DNA of 31,416 bases from Planctomycetota bacterium (lineage in GTDB: Bacteria > Planctomycetota > Phycisphaerae > Phycisphaerales > SM1A02), in NCBI GenBank assembly GCA_003671065.1, contig QWPU01000001.1, positions 1 through 31,416 of the forward strand, read 5' to 3'. The first letter of the stretch is position 1, and every line of letters starts with the position of its first letter. Below the pieces are notes generated by a model. It saw only the letters and a program-made list of their open reading frames with translations. It ran no database searches and was not told the origin of the DNA. Both the position numbers and the translations under genes were made by a program. This document shows positions 23,880 to 31,416 of this stretch, in pieces.

Positions 23880-24481
23880 CCAACGACTCCACTCTCTCTG
23901 AACGCATCACGCCAATTGTTCTCGTTGGCGGAAAAAGCCGACGATTCGGCCGCGATAAACTGATCGAGCCAATTGGTGACAGCGTGCTCGTCGCGCTTCC
24001 CATCAATGTGTTGCGCGCCGTGTTTGGTCCGTGCGTCGCGTTAGTAGGCGATGCTGACATGAGTGTGCTGCGCGAAGGCGACACCTGCATCGAAGACGAC
24101 TACCCACTGCGCGGACCAACTGGCGGAATCCTCTCCGCGCTTGAACACACGCAAGGATCGGTGTTCGTGCTTGCTGGCGACATGCCCACAGTTTCGATCG
24201 ATCTCATCCACCGCATTCTTGAGCGCGCGAAGGAAATGCCTGATGCGGACGCAATCGTCGCAGGCAACGATGCAGGACTCGACCCTTGCCTCGGTCTCTA
24301 TCGAATGGGCGCGATCGAAGAACTTCGTCACGCGCTCTCATTCGAGCGATCGCCGTCATTGCAAAAGACGCTTGCAGCAATGCGCAGCGAATGCGTGATG
24401 GCCGACATGGCGTCGCTTTCCAATATCAATCATCCTCGCGACCTCCCACTCGCGTCGCCGCGTTTGTTCACAGAGATGTGA
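23876..24481 (+). CDS. mobA: Molybdenum cofactor guanylyltransferase
   Basis: VLVGGKSRRFGRDK, GPTGGILSAL, VLAGDMP, PCLGLY and NINHPRD. ATGA overlap with mogA. Confidence 0.88.
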   Translation: MTNDSTLSERITPIVLVGGKSRRFGRDKLIEPIGDSVLVALPINVLRAVFGPCVALVGDADMSVLREGDTCIEDDYPLRGPTGGILSALEHTQGSVFVLAGDMPTVSIDLIHRILERAKEMPDADAIVAGNDAGLDPCLGLYRMGAIEELRHALSFERSPSLQKTLAAMRSECVMADMASLSNINHPRDLPLASPRLFTEM

Positions 24482-24489
24482 CGCAATCG

Positions 24490-25185
24490 TTAGGCAGTTG
24501 GATGCTTAGGCGTCCCTGGATGCGACGGTGTTGTTGCCAATCGCGCGATGAACACAACTGTCACAAACACGCCTGATGCTGCTTCAAGCATCGTGGCAGC
24601 GCGTGACCAACTGCTGCGCGGCACGATGTCGCCGAAGCCGACGGTCGTGATTGTCATGCAGGAGTAATACAGCGCATCGTCCCACTCGAGGTGGCAGGCT
24701 TTGCCATCGGTAGTGGACCAGTAGCTGTTCGGATCGACTGCAGAAATGTGACGATGCAACGTGGCGTACATACACGCGATAAGCAGATAGACCGCAAGTC
24801 CGCCGTACACACGATCATCAAGCACCGCGGTGCTGCGCAATACGACGGCACCAGTCGCAATCGTGGCGTAGGCAAAATAGGCAGTCGCAACGAGCTCGAG
24901 CGGACTCTTTGAAATCGCCTCCAAATCAAAGCGGTATCCAAACCACGCCCAGGCAATCATTCCGACAAACACTGCAACAAGTGGCAGCGCGCGTTTCCAA
25001 CTTCCTAGCACGACCAAGCCAAACAACGGCACACTCGCAAATGCAAGCGGAAACAGCGGGCTCGGCCGGTCGCTGATGGTGTCCATAAAGAGGGGATGCA
25101 GTGCAATCAACGCGACAAGCGCGAGCAGCAGTGGCAAGGTGCGGTTACGAACCCACACCCAAGGGTCTGTTGGAATTGATCTCAC
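24490..25185 (-). CDS. Potassium channel family protein (Ion_trans_2 pore with extra N-terminal TMs)
   Basis: YYSCMTITTVGFGDIVP selectivity filter and pore helix, with several TM segments. GTG start. Confidence 0.85.
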   Translation of the reverse strand: MRSIPTDPWVWVRNRTLPLLLALVALIALHPLFMDTISDRPSPLFPLAFASVPLFGLVVLGSWKRALPLVAVFVGMIAWAWFGYRFDLEAISKSPLELVATAYFAYATIATGAVVLRSTAVLDDRVYGGLAVYLLIACMYATLHRHISAVDPNSYWSTTDGKACHLEWDDALYYSCMTITTVGFGDIVPRSSWSRAATMLEAASGVFVTVVFIARLATTPSHPGTPKHPTA

Positions 25186-25194
25186 GGCTTGAGA

Positions 25195-26478
25195 CTAACA
25201 CGAACGCGTTGTGCGCGACGCGACGATTTGCTCGAGATATTCCACCAGCTTTGCAGTTTGCTGCGAGCGCGTGAATGTCGGCGCGAGCGGGATGCGCACG
25301 CTTTCCGCCGTGAGCCCGCGTGACCACTCATCGTGCATGGCGACGAGCGCTAATGAAATCGACTCTCGCGAGCATGGATTCGCGGTGCGTGAGCGCGAAT
25401 CAGTTGCGATCCAATCTTTGGCATCGCCTTCGGGCGTGAGTCCAAGAATGGGTCGGCCTGTGGCGAAGTACTCGTAGAGTTTGCCCGGCACCATTCGCGC
25501 TCGTGCGCCGTGGAGCACATCGTGCATGGGTAACACCAGTGCGTGCGCGTTGGCGGCGAAGGTCACTGCTTCGTGGTGAGGGAGAAATCCGAGCACGCGC
25601 ACGCGATCAGCAAACCCAGAGTCATCGATGAGTTGCTGCGTCGCGCGATCAACAGTGCCTGCGATTTCAAGCACGGCATCGCGACCGCACGCGTGACCGC
25701 GCGTTCGCAATTCCTGCAGCGCGCCAAGAAGAAAGAACGGCGAGCGACCGCGACCATCGATCTGTTCGTCACTCACGCGCAGTGTTCGCCACGCGCGCTT
25801 GAGCAACGGATAGCGCACGAAATCGCTTGATACAAAGGTGCCTGAGAGTCGCAAGCGCCATTCAGTTCCGACGGGAACTGCTGTGAGCGAAGGGAAATCG
25901 ATCTCTTCCCAGCCGTTGGTGACGACGGTGTAGTCGACACCACGCGTTCGCGGCGCAATGCGTTGCATCGCATCGCGCGCGCCAGGAACATTTGCGATCA
26001 CGCCATCGGCATGCGTGAGTGCAGTACGCATGCGGCGAAGTTCACGGCGATAATCGAGCCAATGTCGATGCACCATCCAACCATCGAGCGCCCATGGATC
26101 ACGCAGATCAAGCACTGCGGGCGCGCCTGTTTGCTCGCGAAGCGCGAACGCGGTTGATGCGTGTTCGAAGGGACTGAGTGTTGCGAGCACAACATCGGGC
26201 GTCCATGTTGTGCAAACTTCTTTCGCTTTCGCGGCGATGGCGCGACTCCAAGAGCCATCCGCTCCGAGACTTGCCCGCTCGATGCGCGTGTCTTCGAGTC
26301 CATTCATCATGGTGGTGTCGAGTGGATCAAACAGCGAACGCGCCGCTCGTTCAATCGCGCGCGTGATGACGACAACTTCATGTCCACTGACACGCAAGTG
26401 CCTCGCAAACGACGCGGGGCGTTGCGTTCCTGGTCCACCGTCAGGCGGAAAGTAGTGAGCGATGAGCAGAATTCGCAT
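25195..26478 (-). CDS. Glycosyltransferase family 4 (GT-B)
   Basis: AHYFPP.GG.G.QR, DLRDPW, NGWE..DF, GFLPH and PGKLYEYFATGRPIL. Confidence 0.88.
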   Translation of the reverse strand: MRILLIAHYFPPDGGPGTQRPASFARHLRVSGHEVVVITRAIERAARSLFDPLDTTMMNGLEDTRIERASLGADGSWSRAIAAKAKEVCTTWTPDVVLATLSPFEHASTAFALREQTGAPAVLDLRDPWALDGWMVHRHWLDYRRELRRMRTALTHADGVIANVPGARDAMQRIAPRTRGVDYTVVTNGWEEIDFPSLTAVPVGTEWRLRLSGTFVSSDFVRYPLLKRAWRTLRVSDEQIDGRGRSPFFLLGALQELRTRGHACGRDAVLEIAGTVDRATQQLIDDSGFADRVRVLGFLPHHEAVTFAANAHALVLPMHDVLHGARARMVPGKLYEYFATGRPILGLTPEGDAKDWIATDSRSRTANPCSRESISLALVAMHDEWSRGLTAESVRIPLAPTFTRSQQTAKLVEYLEQIVASRTTRSC

Positions 26479-26494
26479 AGAAGCGGTGGTGATG

Positions 26495-27958
26495 CTAACG
26501 AATCACACGACGCTCGTCGTGCGCGCACGCAAGCGCGTCCCAACTCGAATCAAAGGCAAATTCGTAGTTCTTCCAACGACCAATCGATGTGCGATTGATC
26601 GGCCGACGCACTTGTTCGTGCGAGAGAGTGAAGACGGCGCGTGTGTTTGCTTCGGGCGCGAGCACGCGAGCATCCATTGCGAGACCAAGCCTGTTGAGGC
26701 AACGTGTGGCGTGACCAGTGGGATCTTCGACGAGGTCTTCGTACACGATGCACTCATGCGCGAGGCCCACACTCTGCAGCATGCTCGGCAAGATCGAGCG
26801 TTCTGCTTCGATCACGCGCCGCAGAGAAGTGAGGCTTGCAGTCCAACCGTCATTGATCGGATGGAAGTAAGAAAGGAAAGTGCTGATCGCGCTATCGCGA
26901 GGATCACGCGCAACCTGAAAGCACACGGTGCCTGGCAAGACCGCTGCAATTGCGGGAAGCCAGCGCCATGCGCGAAGTGTTTTGTCGAATGAAATCGTCG
27001 CGCCTTCACGTGTGAGACGCCGCGCGCCACTCATGTAACGCGATTGCATGGCAAGTAGAGCATCGCGCGCAATGCTCGACGCAGCACGCGGCCAACGGCC
27101 TGTTGAGACGAGGTCGTTCGCGAGCATGTCAACGCCGTCGTACTCGCCGATGCCGCTGATGGACGGATGCGCGTCAAGCATTTGCTCGAGGAGCGTGGTG
27201 CCTGATCGCGGCAACCCCACCACCATTGCAAGTCCTGTGATCGCTTCGACGCGCGGCGCGGGCCACGCTGAAGCGCTTGCAAGTTGCGCGTGCTGTTGAC
27301 GCACTGGTGCGAGCATGCCTTCAAGATCAAATGGCGGCGTCGTGTCTGCGTGCAACTTCACACTGAGATCGAATGCTTCGCGATAACGGGCAGTTTTGTC
27401 GAGTAATCCCACCGCTTCGAAACCAGCAACTCGTCGAAGTATTGGGCTGCGTTCACGCGCAGCGATGCTCTGTAAGTCAGTGATCGCGCCGTCGATGTCG
27501 TGGCTTGCACGCACTCGCGCAATCATGAGCGCCGCGCGTGGATCACGCAACCATGCACCGCCCGCTGCAACAAACGCGGCGAGTTCATCGCGTCGATGCG
27601 CAAACCACAGCACTTCCGCAAGCGCGTTGCTTGCTTCGATGGATTGCGGCGCGCTCGATGCGCTCACTCTGCGCAAATGTTTGATCGCATTGTCAATGCG
27701 GCCAAGGCGTTGATCGATCATGCCACGCAGCAGACTCGCTTGCGGGTCTGTTGGCGAGAGTTTCAGCGCCGTGTCAATGTCAACATCTGCATCTGCAATC
27801 CGACCGAGATTCATGTTTGCGCAGCCGCGAGAAAGCCATCCTGGAAAACTGCGTCGCGATTGCTTAATGAGTTCGTCCGCGATGCGCAGCGCGCCAGCGG
27901 CGTCACCACTGCGCAGCAGGCGTTCAATTGCAGTCGTTGGTGATTCGGTTGGAGGCAT
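26495..27958 (-). CDS. TPR-repeat sulfotransferase family protein
   Basis: N-terminal TPR-like helices. PAPS-binding motifs VGLPRSGTTLLEQML and RDPRD..IS. YEDLV.DP and T.S.EQVRRPI...SIGRWKNY. Confidence 0.9.
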   Translation of the reverse strand: MPPTESPTTAIERLLRSGDAAGALRIADELIKQSRRSFPGWLSRGCANMNLGRIADADVDIDTALKLSPTDPQASLLRGMIDQRLGRIDNAIKHLRRVSASSAPQSIEASNALAEVLWFAHRRDELAAFVAAGGAWLRDPRAALMIARVRASHDIDGAITDLQSIAARERSPILRRVAGFEAVGLLDKTARYREAFDLSVKLHADTTPPFDLEGMLAPVRQQHAQLASASAWPAPRVEAITGLAMVVGLPRSGTTLLEQMLDAHPSISGIGEYDGVDMLANDLVSTGRWPRAASSIARDALLAMQSRYMSGARRLTREGATISFDKTLRAWRWLPAIAAVLPGTVCFQVARDPRDSAISTFLSYFHPINDGWTASLTSLRRVIEAERSILPSMLQSVGLAHECIVYEDLVEDPTGHATRCLNRLGLAMDARVLAPEANTRAVFTLSHEQVRRPINRTSIGRWKNYEFAFDSSWDALACAHDERRVIR

Positions 27959-27991
27959 GATGTTGGTGTGAACGGAGAGGATACTCGCGAC

Positions 27992-28843
27992 TCAACCAAT
28001 CACCGCGTCCACGAGCATCGACGCGTTTGCAGGAGAAGTTGTCAGAAAAAGCGACGGTTCGATCAGTTCAAGTTCCATGAGCATGGGATGACCGGCCTCA
28101 TCGTGAGCAACATCGACGCGCGCGTAGGCAAGCGATTCACTACAGCCCGCGAGTCCCTTGCAACCAACATAGTTCAACACGCGTTGCGCGAAAGCCTTGT
28201 CCTCAGCGCTCACTTCGATGCTTCCGCGCGCTTGTTCATCATCGCCATCCCAACGCGCGTGCTTACTGACTGCATGCGAGAAACGCCCGCCGAAATGCAC
28301 CAGATTCGCTTCGCCACGCTTGAGCACCGATTGCAACAACGGTTGCACGAGAAAGTCGCGCTGCGCATGCGCGGACCGATGCGCGATAGCCGTTGCGGCA
28401 TCACCGCGCGCAACACGAATGGTTGCGAACGAACCGGCGCTGATCGCTGGCTTCACCACGAGCTCGCCATGACGCGCGAACAACGCGCTCCAATCGGCGT
28501 CTTCTCCCGCACGCACAAGTTCAGTCGCCACTACCGCAATCCCTGCGCGCGCAAACTCCATGAGATACGACTTATGCAGATTCCACTCCAACACCGCAAG
28601 CGGATTCACAAGCGTGGTCGCGCGCGCGGTTGCAGCCATCCATGCACGAAACGCTTCGTAATGCTCGAGGTAGTTCCAAGTTGAACGGATGATCGCTGCG
28701 TCGAACGCGCTCCATTGCACAGTCGAATCTTCCCATGCGACAATGTCTGACTGCACGCCTCGCGCTGCAAATGCTTCGACCAGAATCGGTAAGTCGTGAT
28801 CAGGACGCGGAAGTTTGCGAGCAGTCACAAGTGCAATACGCAT
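27992..28843 (-). CDS. ATP-grasp fold ligase (RimK/glutathione-synthetase-like, uncharacterised subfamily)
   Basis: IRSTWNY, NP..V..WN.HK.YL, VVKPAISAGS, LVQP, YARVD and MELELIEPSLF. The ATG at 28843 overlaps the upstream stop (TGATG). Confidence 0.8.
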   Translation of the reverse strand: MRIALVTARKLPRPDHDLPILVEAFAARGVQSDIVAWEDSTVQWSAFDAAIIRSTWNYLEHYEAFRAWMAATARATTLVNPLAVLEWNLHKSYLMEFARAGIAVVATELVRAGEDADWSALFARHGELVVKPAISAGSFATIRVARGDAATAIAHRSAHAQRDFLVQPLLQSVLKRGEANLVHFGGRFSHAVSKHARWDGDDEQARGSIEVSAEDKAFAQRVLNYVGCKGLAGCSESLAYARVDVAHDEAGHPMLMELELIEPSLFLTTSPANASMLVDAVIG

Positions 28844-30549
28844 CAGCGCTGCCACTGCGCAATCGCGCGATCGAGCATGGTGCGCTCAACAATCGTGACG
28901 CGCTCAAGCATGCCGAGTGCTTGATAGGTCGCGAGTTTCGACTCGGCTTCCATACCTGCGTACGCGAGATTCACATCGATGATGCGTCGACCAAGCACGC
29001 TTTCGAGTTGCGCTTGGGTGTAGACAGGCTTGACGCGTGCGCTTGACTCGGTGCCGTATTGATTGAGGTTGGATGCAAAGATTCCTGCGGCGCTTACAGG
29101 CAGAAAGTCTTCGTAGCGCAAACCTTCGTAGGCAACGAAACCGAGGCGCGCAAGCGCAAGCAAATCCGTCGTGCCGTCGTGCAACTGCGCCGCGTGCTCG
29201 ATGCCGCGAGCAGTCGCGTGATAGCAGCCGTAGACCAAACCTTTCGCGAGCAGTTCTTCGAGTGTCGTTGGAAACACATTAAACGGCCGCGCGTAGGCAA
29301 TTTCATACGCCTCAAGATCACGCGAAGCAAGCGACGGATCGGCTTCGCGCACACGATCAGCGTGTTCAAGACATGCGTCGTAGAGCGCCATGCCAATCGG
29401 CGTGCATGCATACGCGCGCGCTTCGATTTCGCCGAAGCGCGCAGTGTGCGTAGTGAGAATCTCTCGGCCGTCGGCTTCCACGAATCGCACAGGTTCAGTG
29501 AGCGCTTTGTACGCATCTTGTCGCAGCAAAATAGGCAATCCCGCGCATGGGCCCTCAGTGAAATCTTTGAAGCCTGAGTGATTCAGTTCGCTCAAACGAA
29601 ACTCTTCGCGCGCGAGTTCACGCATGAGATCATCGACGAGCGTCGACAACTCTGCTTCCGTCAACGCTACTGGCGGCGCGTTCACAGCGGCGCTCGTTGC
29701 TGCAGTATGAAAGTACAAAGTCATGAGATTGCGATCAACGCTCTGCGCGAGTCGACGCAACACCGTCGTTGCGCGCGCGCGAAGCCAGATGGCATCGACG
29801 CCGCCCAAGCAATGTTCCATCGCGGCGGTGTAGAGATCCATGCACAGCGTGTTCGGCGTCAGATGATTCAAGTGATGCGATTCAAAGCACACGATGTCGG
29901 CGGCAATCTTGAAGCCCGCGCTTGAAAGCGTTTCGTAGAGCGCGTGGTCGCGCGCCGAGGCCGTCCACTTAAAGATGCGCTCGGTGCATTCAGCGATGAG
30001 CGATTCGGCATCGACAGGCGAAAGTCCACCTTCGGTTTCACACTTCGTGATGAGCGACTTCGCTCGATCGGAAAACACTTGTCGCGTCGCAAGCAACGCT
30101 TCGATGCGCGCTTGCGTTGCCGTGTCGAAGTAGTCCGTCATCAACAGCGAAGTAAACACGCGGTGCTCAGGGCGCAGACGCGAACGAAACGCTGTCGCGA
30201 TGACAGGTTGACTGCGCGCGCCCACATCGGTCATGTCGTAGAAGTTGTGCGGCTCCATCGCAAAGCACTCAAACAACCGACCAATCCAGCGATATTCATC
30301 AGGTCGGCCAATGCGAATCGCGCCGTGACGCTCACCGCTGCTGTGATCAAATTCTGCGTCCGTGATACTGAACGCGGGATAGACCTTGCGCAGCAACGCG
30401 CACACCGCGCTATTGCACACGCGGTTCACTTCGAGCGCCTTGTCGTAGAGCGGCACTTCTCGACCGAACATGTTCGAGAGCTCGGTGAAAAGGCGGTCCT
30501 GCATGTCAAGACGATTGGCGAATTTGATTCCAGCTGCGATGGTGGTCAT
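28843..30549 (-). CDS. hglS: 2-oxoadipate dioxygenase/decarboxylase HglS/YdcJ-like (DUF1338) protein
   Basis: Ordered motifs EVP.Y, ERHGAIR.G, FTSLL, DI...HLNHLTP, TEGP, LLRQ, HTARFGEIE.R and YEDFLPVSAAGIF.SNL, which are characteristic of YdcJ/HglS. Confidence 0.82.
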   Translation of the reverse strand: MTTIAAGIKFANRLDMQDRLFTELSNMFGREVPLYDKALEVNRVCNSAVCALLRKVYPAFSITDAEFDHSSGERHGAIRIGRPDEYRWIGRLFECFAMEPHNFYDMTDVGARSQPVIATAFRSRLRPEHRVFTSLLMTDYFDTATQARIEALLATRQVFSDRAKSLITKCETEGGLSPVDAESLIAECTERIFKWTASARDHALYETLSSAGFKIAADIVCFESHHLNHLTPNTLCMDLYTAAMEHCLGGVDAIWLRARATTVLRRLAQSVDRNLMTLYFHTAATSAAVNAPPVALTEAELSTLVDDLMRELAREEFRLSELNHSGFKDFTEGPCAGLPILLRQDAYKALTEPVRFVEADGREILTTHTARFGEIEARAYACTPIGMALYDACLEHADRVREADPSLASRDLEAYEIAYARPFNVFPTTLEELLAKGLVYGCYHATARGIEHAAQLHDGTTDLLALARLGFVAYEGLRYEDFLPVSAAGIFASNLNQYGTESSARVKPVYTQAQLESVLGRRIIDVNLAYAGMEAESKLATYQALGMLERVTIVERTMLDRAIAQWQR

Positions 30550-30789
30550 CGAAAGTTCCGTCGTTCGTTCTGCCGATTGATGGCGAGAGTGCTTCCAGTT
30601 TTTGAAGGCGAAGATGGTAACGACTTTTCACTCAGCGCCTTCGCTTTCAACGCGTCAATTTCAAGGCGCGAGCATAGGCGCGAGATCTCCATCATCAACG
30701 AGTCCGTTGCCATCAAATTCGCCGCGACTGCCGTGAATAGATTCGCGGCAAACAAAGACCGACTTGCGTTTCTGCCCCATCGAGGCGAA

Positions 30790-31416
30790 TCACTTGGCCG
30801 CGCCGGCGTTGCGAACGAAGCGCGCGCCGAAGAGTTCGTTGCGCGTCGCTGGCTCAATCGCGCTACGAGCCGAAACTCCCTGCGTTCCTGCTGCATCTGC
30901 CCAACATCCGCCGCGCACAACGCGCGAGCGACCTTCCGCATCGAACATCCAATTCCACAAGTCACCTGAGTTCGCGTTCGACTGTGAGTAGGTCTGTTCC
31001 CATTCGATACTGGTTGGTAAGCGCCAACCGTTTCCGTTGGTCTGCGTGACCACCGCGCCAACAAGTCGTGCGCCGTCATGCTGGGCAAACTCAATCGTGT
31101 ATGCGGGTGCTAATCCATCACGCACAGACAATGCGTTCGCAAGCGCAATAGCTTCAAACCAAGTGAAGCCCGCGCACACACTCTGTGCCGTGCGCTCTTG
31201 CGCTTCGTACTTCATCACGGCGCGAAACAGTTCCGCGGTGATGATCGGCATGCACTGCAACATTGACGCGTCAACAGCCGCAACCGTCGCGCGCGCGTCA
31301 TCCAACACATCCGCAACTAACAACACCGCTTGTGGAGTCGCGCGAATGGCGAGCTGCGCATTGAGCGCGTCAACTTTGAGAACGAGTCGTGTGCCGATAG
31401 GAAGACGCAGCACGGG
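30790..31416 (-). CDS. Formylglycine-generating-enzyme (SUMF1/FGE-sulfatase) domain protein, 5'-truncated by the window edge
   Basis: TWFEA...ANALS...GL.PAY, GWRLPTSIEWE, GDLWNW (for GNVWEW), RVVRGG.W and R...FGARFVR. The frame is open to the window end. Confidence 0.75.
   Translation of the reverse strand, partial: PVLRLPIGTRLVLKVDALNAQLAIRATPQAVLLVADVLDDARATVAAVDASMLQCMPIITAELFRAVMKYEAQERTAQSVCAGFTWFEAIALANALSVRDGLAPAYTIEFAQHDGARLVGAVVTQTNGNGWRLPTSIEWEQTYSQSNANSGDLWNWMFDAEGRSRVVRGGCWADAAGTQGVSARSAIEPATRNELFGARFVRNAGAAK

Noticed and set aside
27992-28843. ATP-grasp protein as LysX of the aminoadipate lysine pathway
   Set aside because: Its motifs (RSTWNY, ELELIEPSLF) belong to a different ATP-grasp subfamily, and no LysW carrier or lysZ/Y/J/K genes are present.
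4065-30969. Long alternative-frame or antisense ORFs (for example 4065-5267, 8039-8914, 9488-10177, 20427-21233, 27968-28684, 29944-30969)
   Set aside because: All shadow well-supported genes on the opposite strand, are Arg/His-rich without family motifs, and are expected from stop-codon scarcity at this GC content.
30546-31094. 182-aa minus-strand ORF
   Set aside because: It overlaps the FGE-domain gene by about 300 bp in another frame and shows no recognisable motif.
1-31416. CRISPR arrays, tRNA/rRNA, IS elements, integrases, tandem repeats
   Set aside because: None seen by eye. Intergenic gaps are mostly under 120 bp (the largest is about 240 bp) and no ORF has transposase or integrase motifs.

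Overview
A gene-dense bacterial chromosomal segment of roughly 60% GC by eye. It is possibly from a planctomycete (Phycisphaerae-like); this is weak inference from gene style and a dockerin-like remnant. I saw no RNA genes, mobile elements or CRISPR. Left to right it contains: (1) the 3' part of a class III aminotransferase converging on an NCS1 nucleobase transporter; (2) a VIT-VWA / VWA / response regulator / histidine kinase module; (3) a six-gene minus-strand tricarboxylate operon encoding an ATP-citrate-lyase-like beta subunit, a SucD-like alpha subunit fused to a citryl-CoA-lyase domain, an HD-family protein with an altered HD motif, a single-chain fungal Lys4-type homoaconitase, a beta-decarboxylating dehydrogenase with an NADP-type signature, and an MmgE/PrpD dehydratase; (4) a divergent, essentially complete molybdenum cofactor cluster (moeB, TauE, moaA, moaDE, CMD protein, moeA, moaC, mogA, mobA); (5) a minus-strand run of an FGE-domain protein (partial), an HglS/YdcJ-like 2-oxoadipate dioxygenase, an ATP-grasp protein, a TPR-sulfotransferase, a GT4 glycosyltransferase and a K+ channel. 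The main candidate for an undescribed system is operon (3). Its content fits an ATP-linked (S)-homocitrate <-> 2-oxoadipate route that uses an ACL-like enzyme instead of homocitrate synthase and a PrpD + Lys4 'split aconitase'. It may connect to the nearby HglS. Family calls come from motifs I read by eye; all substrate assignments are inference.
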